A stretch of DNA of 64,000 nt from Stylophora pistillata. Lineage: Eukaryota. The stretch lies in assembly GCF_002571385.2 (NCBI RefSeq), contig NW_019217837.1:833714-897713 (forward strand), written 5' to 3'. The notes under the pieces are model-generated. The model was not told where the DNA came from, searched no databases, and saw nothing but the letters and a program-made list of their open reading frames with translations. Position 1 is the first letter of the stretch. Every line of letters begins with the position of its first letter. Below are positions 14,101 through 23,488 of this stretch, one piece after another. A program made the translations under genes and the position numbers.

Positions 14101-17100
14101 ATAAAATGTACATAAACCTCTGAAAGACACTTTGATTGTCCAACATGCAAAGCTTTTCACATTTTAAAGGACAGTGATTTCACTGAGTTAAAAATTGCTT
14201 TAGTAGAGCTTCTTATTAACAGCCAGCTTTCCTGATTGACAAGACAGCAAAATAGCCTGCCTATGTAGATGTGAACAATACCCACACCTTTCTGACACCT
14301 CTGGCTTTGGGCAACCACAAAAACAAGTTGTTCAGGGCAACTCTGTTAGGGACATACCTGTCCTTTGAAGGAATGTAATTGTCAAGGTTATATCCCTTTC
14401 CCTTAACCAGATTAAAGAAAGAAATTCGTGGCCAAAAATTTGCTGCCATCTCATGCCATAGTTGGTGTTTTGGGAGTACCTTGAAATAGCAATGTGTTTA
14501 GCTTCCCTCCTTTCCATTGAGGTAACTGAAAGACCCTTTCCATACTTGCACTTAACATCTTTGGTATGCACAGGGACAATGTAACCTATTGTCCATACAG
14601 TAGGTGTTACTATCCCAATAAAAAAACTATAAGCCCTGAAATAGTTGGTGCAGTAAGAAGACAGCACTTTAATTTCATCATCACTGATAGTCATTCTGCA
14701 GAATAAAGACACTGCATTTCTTAGTTGCAAGCTCACAAATGCAAAAGTGTGCAGTCTGAAGGTTTGCCTTGCAGTGTCTGCAGGGGACTCCAAAGACACA
14801 ACTAGATGCATAAAATTATGTAAATACATCCTGGAATCTCTGCCTGTAAATCTATACTCAAAGTCTTTCCCATCTGCCTTTGTTTCATTAAACCACCTTG
14901 TTACTTTGTTTGCTAAGCGGGACAGCTGGCATTTAGATTTCAGTGCCTGTACAAACTTGGAAAATGGAGAATCCCAAGGTACCCCACTCATATTTGTTAC
15001 ATTACCTCCAAGGGCAGACTTTTGGATAGCTTCATGCAACATTATTTTGTGGATATGCTGACAGGCATTATTCTTTAGATGCAAAGGATCTAAATGTGCT
15101 CTGTCAATGAATTTACCAATGAGTGGCTCAAACTCCTGCCTACTCTTACTAGAAGCAATGAATGCTGTTATTTTGCACGNNNNNNNNNNNNNNNNNNNNN
15201 NNGCTTTAGTGTTGGGAGCTAACTGAGTCTTGTTTAATTTATCCTTGAGGTCACCAACTTTCTTAGCAACAGATAATCTCTTATGATATTCCCATGGTCT
15301 GAAATCATTATGGGGTTCTGGGCCAAATGATTTGTTTACATCAAGCAGTTCATCAGTTGAAATGTCAGCAAATGTTGAAAAATACTTGGCACTGTTTGGA
15401 AGCTGCCGAGCCAGAAATGCCAACATTTTCATGTCATTGGGGAATTCTGAAAACTTAAATTTAATGATGGTTGTAAGGTAGAAAGCTGCTAATCTAACAA
15501 GACATTCTGTTAAATTTCTGTAACAGCCATCAACCTGATCCTCAGGTTCCAAATCAGAACAGAAGCTCTCTCTTACACTCTTTAAGGTTCCTATGTCAAC
15601 TTCTTTGAGAAACTTGATAAGTTTGTTATAGGGAACTAACCAAGGCAAGGAACATGACATTACTTGAATGTGTGTTGTTTTAGTTTTCCTCTTAGGATTG
15701 GTAGTCATTAAAAGAGATCTGTACACAGATCTGTACTTTTTCTTACCCATTACCCCTTTTGAATAGAAAACTGAAACACTTCTAAGCATGTTTATGTCTG
15801 AAGTTTCAAATTTTTCTGCTGCATTCTTATAAAGTTTAGGAAAAACCTTTTTGGAAAACTTCTTACTTTTTGACATAAAGTCAACTAGTATCTTTGTAGG
15901 GCACCTTTACTCAGCTGTACTAAGAATACCTATGTGTGCTGGAGTATTATCATTTAGGTCAGCCCCATGTATTTCTTTGGCTGCTTGGTATGTCTCTGAC
16001 CTTCTTTGTGTCTCCACTGTTGAAGATGGCCTCTTCTTATCATCAGAAGGGAGGACATTCGGGTTTTTGCGTCTTGCCTTAATAGACTGCCTGGTTAGAA
16101 AGGCCTTCTCTTTTTGAGGGATAGCTGTGCCAGCTTCAGGCAAGTGTTCTCCCAATTCTTGTATGTCCTCAGACACTTCATCTACCTTTAAAGAGGTGGA
16201 AAATGTGGAATGATTCAATTCCGGTACATGCTTGTATATGCTGTGGTTCAAATTGATCATAACCTCAATAATTTCACTTTGATTTTAACTCATTGCTACA
16301 TACAAGAACATTAAGAAAAATATTTATTGAGTCAAGGATAAAATGAAACAAAACATACATGTCATTTAGCTCGTTAATGTAAGTTGATTATCCATGTATA
16401 TAGTCATAAAGTTAAGTCAAACCAGTAGACTCTGCAATTGCACTACCTATATGAAAATGCAGATAAGTTGACAGCAAATATAAACGAATTTGACAACTTT
16501 TCCTTAGTGTCCTTGCCAGTATAGTCTAACTTTTTATTTTTGTTGTTTTTTCTTTATCATGAGTGGGAATGTTAATAGACACAAATCCATAAGGCTTCTA
16601 TGTAAAATATTTTGATTACAAAAGCACAGATCTGGGTGCCAGCCTGCTTATAATATGTTGATTTATTTTCTCTCTAAAATGTATGTGAGTGAGGAGTTAA
16701 ACTTTTTTTCGTGGGGGGGGGGGTATGAATACTTACTTTCCGAATAAGGTTTGATCATTCAGCCTTTTGCTTGACTAGAATTTTGAGAGTCTTGGCAGCT
16801 TCATCTCTTAAACGCCTTTTCTCTTTCAGAAAAACTCCAACATTAAACCGGCTGTAAACTTTAGCCTTCCTTCGAGCCATAAGGTTAATGTTTATGACGT
16901 CTTCACTGTGTCCTGTTTTTTAACTCCCATCATACTTTAACTGAGGTTTAGCTGTAGTTCAGTTTAGATTCCTCAATACTCGAAATAACAGCTTTTGCTT
17001 TGCCACTTCCTGGTATCTCCCTGTTCACAGGCTTCTTCTCTTAACACTGCTCCTGTGTTGAGTGATGATTCACAAAAAATGGAAAATGAAACGTTCCCTC

Positions 17101-20100
17101 GAGTTTGTTGTTCGTAAAGCCCTTCGACTATATCTTTTTGCCTCTTGTTTAAAAAGTGCGACATGTGCTCACACATCGCTGCACCAAATAGACCAAATGG
17201 CTCGCTCTTCCTGGCCGTCGCACGGTTATTCGGTTGTGAGAATCGAAAATTTAAAAACATAGGTTTCTTCTTCCATTGCTTTTCCTCGGTTCTTGGTGGA
17301 AAACTGTACTCTTGCTGTAGACAGACGAAATATATATGAAGCCAAATATTAGCAACTGTTAGTTAGCGATACGCTTAAGCACAAACAAGAACTCGAGTGG
17401 GGACATACCTGCAATACCTGCAGAGACCGTCGCGAGAAGGTCGGCCATGTTTGGTATCAAAGTGAAGCTCTCACTTCGTAGAATGTAATATTGGCGTCAA
17501 ATCGACGATCAATCGAACTACATTGTCGTTAGGCTTCGTAAAAAACGGCCGATCTCGACGACGCACGGAAAATATTATTAGATCCCAGTCTCCCAACTTC
17601 ACGGCCCAAAAATGTTGCTCACAGCGAACCCGGCAGTTTTTATGGCGCGCGTGCCCAGCGTGATATATATATATATATATATGATATATATTTTTCTTAC
17701 TTCTGATTTCCTCATTCTGGACGAAATTTAATTCTTTGGTCTAGTCACCTAGTGTTTGACCCCGATTTTTTGCAGACTGAAGTCGTCCCTTTTTCGCTTA
17801 GTTATAGAAAGCCCGACTGAACGACTGCACACGAGTCTTTTGAGATTTTCATGTAACTGACGAATCACCTCTCTGCTGGAAGTTACTTATTCAATTGACA
17901 ATTGTTCATCCTTCATTAATTAATTAATTCACTCACCATTCACTTATCAGAAACCAACTTTTATTCTAAAAAGTAGGTAAAGAATATATTACATAACTTA
18001 TTTAATGCAACTTTGTAATCACCAACTTCACTCGTAAATATTTAAACAAACTGAACTAAGTTGTTAATCAACAATCAAACGATTAAACATTGAAGAAGGA
18101 AAGGTGTTAGTTGTTCCTTAAATTTTGCCTCTCCCCTTTGACCTCGCGATTGAATTTTCATGCGATTTCTCTTTGTGATAGCTGCTGGTTGTCTGTTGAA
18201 GACGGTTTCGTATGGAGTTTTGTCGGCCCTGTTCTTCTCATATGTGTGGTAAGACTGATACCTGCATTTAGCTTCCACTTCTTTTTTGTCAGCTGCCGCT
18301 GTGTTGCACATGTTGGAAAATGTACAATGCTGATTGTAATTTTTACGTTTTAGCTGAATCTGGTGTTTTTAGGAATGACACTCAAGGTTATGGCAACGCG
18401 TTCCCTGAATCAGCCTGCCCGTAACCCGCCAAAAATGAGGTAAGGAATAAAACAACAGTACTGCAAGCTAAGATGTTAAAAGCATTAAGATGATGATTAC
18501 CATAATGGAAGAGTAGAAGAAGTCACTTGGTAAATTAATCACTGTGAGGAAAATTTTACTCAGGAAGATTCTGGTGCGTAAGCTGAGCAAAAACAATCTG
18601 AACATAAATTAGTAGGTAATAGGTTATAAGTTCCAAGCATAAGTAACTGGTTGGATTCGTAATGCTATAATGAATTCGGTCATAGGTTTTTTCATTTAAT
18701 ACCCTTTGCGATGCTGTAACCCGGTTGACATTTTTTCACGTATTATTTATTTTTTCATGTATTTGTTTATCTATTCATAAAATATTTTGCTCGTTGACTA
18801 ACTCTCAACTCCTTTCCTCAGGTACTGGGTAAAAGCCTGCGCAGTATTGACGTGTCTTTTAGGCACAACATGGCTACTGGGATTGTTTTTCCTGGACAAA
18901 GCTACAGTCCTCTTTGCTTATCTGTTCAATATTTTCAACACTTTGCAGGTGAATCCGATAGTTGATTCCTTCCCTAGCCTCCTGAATTTTATGATTACTT
19001 AATTCTTTTGGGTAGGAATTAGTAGGAAATAGCTGTCTCACAGAGATGAGAACGCTCGTCTCCCACCGTTTGTGCCCAACTTCTCTTCACGAACCTGCTA
19101 GCGACAGAGATTGGTTCAGTTTGTTGTTGCTTCTCGTCCTCTCACCAAGAGGTTTTTCCACGTTCTCTAGATTCCGTCCCTCCTATTAAGACAACAACCC
19201 TTATCCCAATATCAATTAAGAATAGAGAACAAAAAGCCATCTTGGTTAATTCTACATCCGATTCAATTAATTTAAGAAGTTTTGTCTTCCAAGCAAGAAG
19301 ACCTCTGTTTCCGAATTACTTATGTTCCTTGTTTTTCTTTAATTTTTCAAGGGACTTTTCATCTTTATTTTTCATTGCTTAGCTGATGACAGGGTAAGCA
19401 AGTCTTTCGATTTTAATCGTTTGTCTTTTAGTCATATAATTAAAATTGAAATCTAACAGAGTCACGGTAATCGAAACAAGACTATAACGGGGCATTTTTG
19501 ATTAATTGATTTTAGATTAATGGTGAATACATTGTATTATGGGTAAAATATAAAAGATTAATCACAAGCTTCCGACTTAATAATCCTTAATGATTTTTAG
19601 ATTCGCTCTGAGTACAAACGGATACTTTGCTGTCATGGAAGTCGAAGAGACTACCTCCGTGACAATATAATTGCAAAATCACAGCAGAAATATTCGTCTA
19701 GTCAGGTGAGTAAAATTAGTTAGTTAAGACACTCAGAGAAAAAATGAACAAACAAGTTCATGGTTGTATGGTAGATTACCATACAACCATGGCGGATCCA
19801 CGTAAAAAACCCAGCTATTAATTCCTGGTCTGAATCCTCTCTTGTGTTTTGCATTGTACAGACGACAAGACTTCAAAGGAAAGCCATGTTATCGGAAGGT
19901 GGGTTAAATGGTATATTTCAATGAACGTAGTCAAAGAGAATTTAAAACATATTTTCCATATTTTTTTCACTAACAATCATTTTCAATCCTTTGTTCTCAA
20001 GGCTGACTTCTAGAAAGAAAGCCATGAACATGTTTTATGTCGCCTGCAAAACAGGCAAAAAGGCGCTGGTTCTTGCTACCCTAGGCATGGCCAGGATCTC

Positions 20101-20773
20101 ATCAGCGTCCCTCGGTTTTTGGTTTTATTTGGTTCAGCTAGTGATACAATTTCTTTTTCTTATTATTGCCTTCTTTCTTCAGAAAAAAGGATTGATGTGG
20201 GGACACACACTTCTTCTGGGCTTGAGCTAAGGCCAGTCGACCAGGCAAGGATATTCTACAGAATACTCTCTAATTTCTAGTTGCTTGAAATCCACCAGAT
20301 AAACACTGTGATAAGGGTTACCACTGTAATGCGTAACATTAAAATCTCTTTCATGTATATACTTGCAGAGCTTTAATAGCAACATAGATATTACAGCCGG
20401 TGCAAGGACAAAAGAAAACGAGAGACTGAAGGAATATCAGCATTACCACATAGCCGTAAGAGACGAAGAACACAACCAAGAAGATAACGAGGAAGAAAAT
20501 TCAGATGACCACTTCTTTGATGATATATCTTCGAGTTTAATAAACATCTGTAACGGCACCACAACGAAGCCTGTGAAAACAAAGGAAACACGAAGATCTG
20601 TTACTTCTGATCCTTTTCAGGACAAGCTATCTCAACTCTCAGACCACGAATGCGACACATTCGCTAATAATAGCGAAAAAGAAGAAATCTTAAATGTAAA
20701 AAAAATGGGACTCATGACAAACCAACTGGAAAACACGTTTGAAGGTGTACGAGACGAGTTTGGCGACTTATGA
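2127..20773 (+). CDS. Adhesion GPCR (LamG/pentraxin-like, 3x FN3, Ca-binding EGF, HormR, GAIN/GPS, 7TM) with an in-frame TAA in the GPS; possible null allele or young pseudogene
   Basis: Phase-compatible exons: 2127-2798, 3382-3573, 4016-4108, 4713-4825, 5209-5389, 5988-6248, 6453-6572 (DFDEC..EGF), 7413-7532, 7668-7768 (HormR), 8095-8292, 8565-8633, 9033-9147, 9410-9547, 9763-9826, 9914-10052, 10658-10704 (CVFW), 10829-10958 (WSTEGC...CHC*HLTSFSVLM), 11183-11280 (TM1), 11759-11861, 12196-12355 (LHYLFLVAFCWMATEG), 12693-12759, 18182-18248 (CWLS..FVWSFVGP), 18354-18439, 18822-18948, 19352-19393 (GLFIFIFHC), 19601-19705. Tail exons are less certain: ~19862-19902, ~20002-20054, 20183-20244, 20369-20773. 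First (signal peptide) exon uncertain, candidate 1746-1821. Confidence 0.92.
2823..3135. mobile_element. Non-autonomous bipartite hairpin element (inverted-repeat unit plus long palindrome)
   Basis: TTTATTACACGACT...AGTCGTGTAATAAA inverted pair enclosing a CCAATCA box, directly followed by a ~150 bp palindrome TCTTATTAACCAAGC...GCTTGGTTAATAAGA. Confidence 0.8.
5047..5105. repeat. (TAATA)n microsatellite
   Basis: About 11 near-perfect TAATA units. Confidence 0.9.
5650..5880 (-). mobile_element. tRNA-derived SINE-like repeat
   Basis: Minus strand 5834..5764 reads GGCTTGTTAGCTCAATTGGTAGAGCG...GGTTCGAATCCCGTACAGGCC (Pol III A and B boxes) followed by a non-tRNA body. Anticodon arm degenerate. 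Confidence 0.75.
7008..7257 (+). mobile_element. 5'-truncated L2/CR1-type LINE 3' end
   Basis: Encodes NLIPEHIKSASSLPTFKTALKTYLF, typical of the ORF2 C-terminus, then a short 3' UTR (TTGTAAGCGCATTGAG) and an (ATT)n tail. Confidence 0.8.
11335..11585 (+). mobile_element. L2-type LINE/SINE 3' fragment
   Basis: TTGTAAAGCGC...GCGCTATATAAATG followed by a (TTG)n tail, the L2-like terminal motif. Confidence 0.55.
12916..13629 (+). pseudogene. Transposon-borne accessory gene of unknown function (~237 codons, one in-frame TAA at 13120-13122)
   Basis: ORFs 12916..13122 and 13159..13629 are in the same frame. ATG lies in AAAATGGCG context; AATAAA at ~13709. The homologous copy at 17161..17027 has TAC where this copy has TAA. 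Confidence 0.7.
14200..16880 (-). pseudogene. RAG1-core/Transib-like transposase with stops, frameshifts and an apparent internal deletion
   Basis: Motifs in RAG1 order: FKFSEFPNDMKMLA (cf. FRGTGYDEKLV, D708), EPLIG..HLDPLH (cf. KPFIE..IDALH), FTGRDSRMYL (cf. MNGNFARKL), TPTVWTIGYIVP...GLSVTSMERREAKH (cf. TNYFHKTLAHVP...GAWASEGNESGNK, E962). ORFs 15907..16260 and 14332..15876 are in frame across one TAA. Frameshifted C-terminus CFCGC-PKPEVSER-CGYC ends at 14200. Candidate first exon 16880-16737 (MARRKAKV..., one TGA, GTAAGT donor). Confidence 0.75.
16953..17161 (-). pseudogene. Second, internally deleted copy of the accessory gene
   Basis: 17161..17027 aligns by eye to 13076..13209 (GLYEQQTRGNVSFSIFCESSLNTGAVLREEAC vs GL*EQHARGNDSFAILCESSLNTGVVLKDEAC). 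17019..16953 aligns to ~13487..13552 (IPGSGKAKAVISSIEESKLNY vs TPGKGKAKVLIRRFKEFKLYY). Confidence 0.85.
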
Positions 20774-23488
20774 TTGGATTTTCACACGGCAGAGTCCAGT
20801 TATCAAATGAGAAAAATAACTTCAACCTGCCGAGTTTATCGACACTGTCAAAAGTCATATTTCACAACTTCGTCTCGTCCACAAATAGCAATGAGTGACA
20901 GTAGCGTTCTGAGCGATGACTTAAGGGCGAGCCTGTCAATAGTCGAGAATAGCGATAGCGACTCTGTTTTCGGATGATAATTTTTCAACAAAAACATGTC
21001 ACGGTAAAGGATTCTTTTCGAACTGACCTCAGATCTCGAAAAAGGATTATTTCTACACTCAGTTTTAACTTAATACCACGCTGACATGATTAATCCATAA
21101 ATATATACTGTGGTTATTTTACCTAAGTGAAGAAAAGATGTTTGTCGACACAGATATCAATAAATTGGATTAATATCCAGTAAGTTCGGGTCCTCTTTTC
21201 CTTAAGTTGTGAATCTCAATCGGCAAAAGTTGACGGCTCAAAAAATTCGGGAAGGGCTGATTCAAGGGTGGATATTCATCTTTTTTCAATGAACATCGAG
21301 TCGTAGTAAATGTAATTCCGGCTCACATATCTCGCAATCCCAGTACTTCTAAAGTGGACAGTTATCTTGATCCGAGGGGCGTTTGCAATTTCAAACATTA
21401 GGAATGAGGAGGAGGAGGGATTTTCTCTGTCCTGTAAAAGAAAAAGAACTTTTTCCCCATAGGAGGTTTCATTCAGCAAAATCTTCCAAGCTATTTCCAT
21501 TGTAATTCGCCCATCATGTAGTCCTCAGTTTGATTCGATTTGCTCTCATTCCTTGCTCTTAATCCTTGGATTAATTTTTATTAACGTGCCTGCACCACGC
21601 AATGAGGAGTGATATTTACTAATTCATTCTTATGGAATTTTAAGCAGAATTGCGCTTGAACGATTTATGAGCCTTGTTTAATTCATCAAAATATTTTTCG
21701 TGGTTATGATGTTTTTCAATCCTTACGTATGAATATTGGGCAAAATTTTTAATTATCAAAGCGAATGTAAGTTGAGTTACTTGCATCAGATACAAGCCCG
21801 TTTATTTGAAATATACCCTTTTATGACAAATTCTGTGTGAAATGTTGCCGTAAGTGATCGACAGCACTCCTCCAACTCCGCGTATGTCAGTTTTCTCCGC
21901 AATTAAAATATTAAAAGTTGAGACTTTAAATATTTATGCACAGACCACCGGGAGATTTTACCCGACTTTCAGTGCCTTTATATAGTTGAAAAAGGACTAT
22001 AGTGAAAATATCTTTTAAAAGAATATGAAAACTGTCACCCTTTTTTTTATGTTCAGTACATTGAACGAAAATGAATGTGGGAGAGATCGCACCTTCAAGC
22101 AGACGATTTAAGAAACACCTGCTCTGAAAAGCGACGGTGATTGAACAAAAGATTTCATTGAGTCGACGCAAAATGTTTTGGCACAACTGCTTCAGAGATC
22201 ATTTCTAGGATCTTTATAATTGGTTCAAGTGTCGAGTCTAATATAAACAAAGGTGAATGCTTTTAATATATAGTTATTTATTCTGCCTGCTCGTTCATTG
22301 TCTTTTCATGTCGCACCGCGTGGTGGACGGAGGTAAGTCTTAAATTTTATATGTTCATATTCGTATTTTTCCTGTGTATCGCGTTTCTCATTTTAAATAT
22401 GAAAGTAACGGCTCCTAAAACAGTGTCTCCCACTGTACTTGATCAGCTGGGGTTGAATTTCTATCACAGCGTCAGCCAAACGAATCGACAGGAATGATTC
22501 AATCTATTTTGATTGTACGATTGTATACCCTTCACTATGTTTATGAAGCACCGGTGGGAATCTTCTTTCATTAGTAAACTAGTTTAGAAATAAAATCCTT
22601 CCCGCGTAGTTCAGAGACTAATGCATGTAGGATTTTAATACAAAAATTGTGTTTGTAACTATTTTAGAAGTCTACTACTCGGCTTGTATATGTGCGAACA
22701 TGATGAAAGGAAAATCAAGGTTCCGTAGATTCTTTACTTAGTGAGTGTCAACGTATGATTTTTATCGAAGAAATCTGAAAGAAAGGGAAATTTAAGCTCG
22801 GCTGAGCATTCTCTTTTTTTTTTCTCTCTCTCTTTTTCATTTTCACTTGAATATCATCCAGGCTAACTCGAGACTTTCCTTTGTCAGGTTGATCCCTGAA
22901 TAAATTATAGATTTCAATTTCTTTGTTCGTCAATGATCGCGGCAAATAAAGTGGACGCGAAAACTTCTTTAGCTAGCCTCAGTAAAACGAAGCTATATCC
23001 GAAAGTTTCTCACATAATATAGACGTATGGTGTAACCAAGATCTTCTTTGGGTAAAACTCTCAGTAGCTTGAGTGAAATAATATCGGAGTAAAGATATAG
23101 CCACACCTGTTGGAATGAATACACTTCATAGTCGGCGAAACTAAAAGAAATTAAGTATGTGAAATAAGTCCTGGCGTGTTCGAATAACACCTTCCGTAAC
23201 GCAATGGCGCGTCATCGCCAAATTAGGATTTTATCAATTTCTGTTTTGTATGAAACCGCAATGTGCTTTTGGATTGAGTTGTTCAAAACATTAGCGAAAC
23301 GTACGTGCAAACACAAAATTTACTTATAAATCCTTTCTCTGATTGCTCCCTTCGCGTGAGATATCTTTCAATCACGCAGAAACTCTTTCTTAAGGAATGG
23401 AACTTGACGTTTCTTATTTATATTCTTCATATATGGTTTTTATTCTAGGCTGATTTACAAGCCATCTGTCTGAGGCGGAGAGCAGAAA

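Larger units (their letters stand above)
12809..17662. mobile_element. RAG1/Transib-like DNA transposon (decayed) in an intron of the first adhesion GPCR
   Basis: Imperfect terminal inverted repeats: left CTGGGTACACGCGCCATCAGAAAAGCCGG (12813..) versus reverse complement of right end CACGCTGGGCACGCGCGCCATAAAAACTGCCGG (17662..). Contains a DDE-like transposase on minus and a convergent ORF on plus, and lies wholly within intron 12760-18181. No clean TSD seen. Confidence 0.8.

Noticed and set aside
12804-17667. Target-site duplication of the RAG-like element
   Set aside because: Flanks (TGTAA vs CGTGA, or TGTCT vs ATATA) do not match; the left end is eroded and the right flank is a (TA)n tract.
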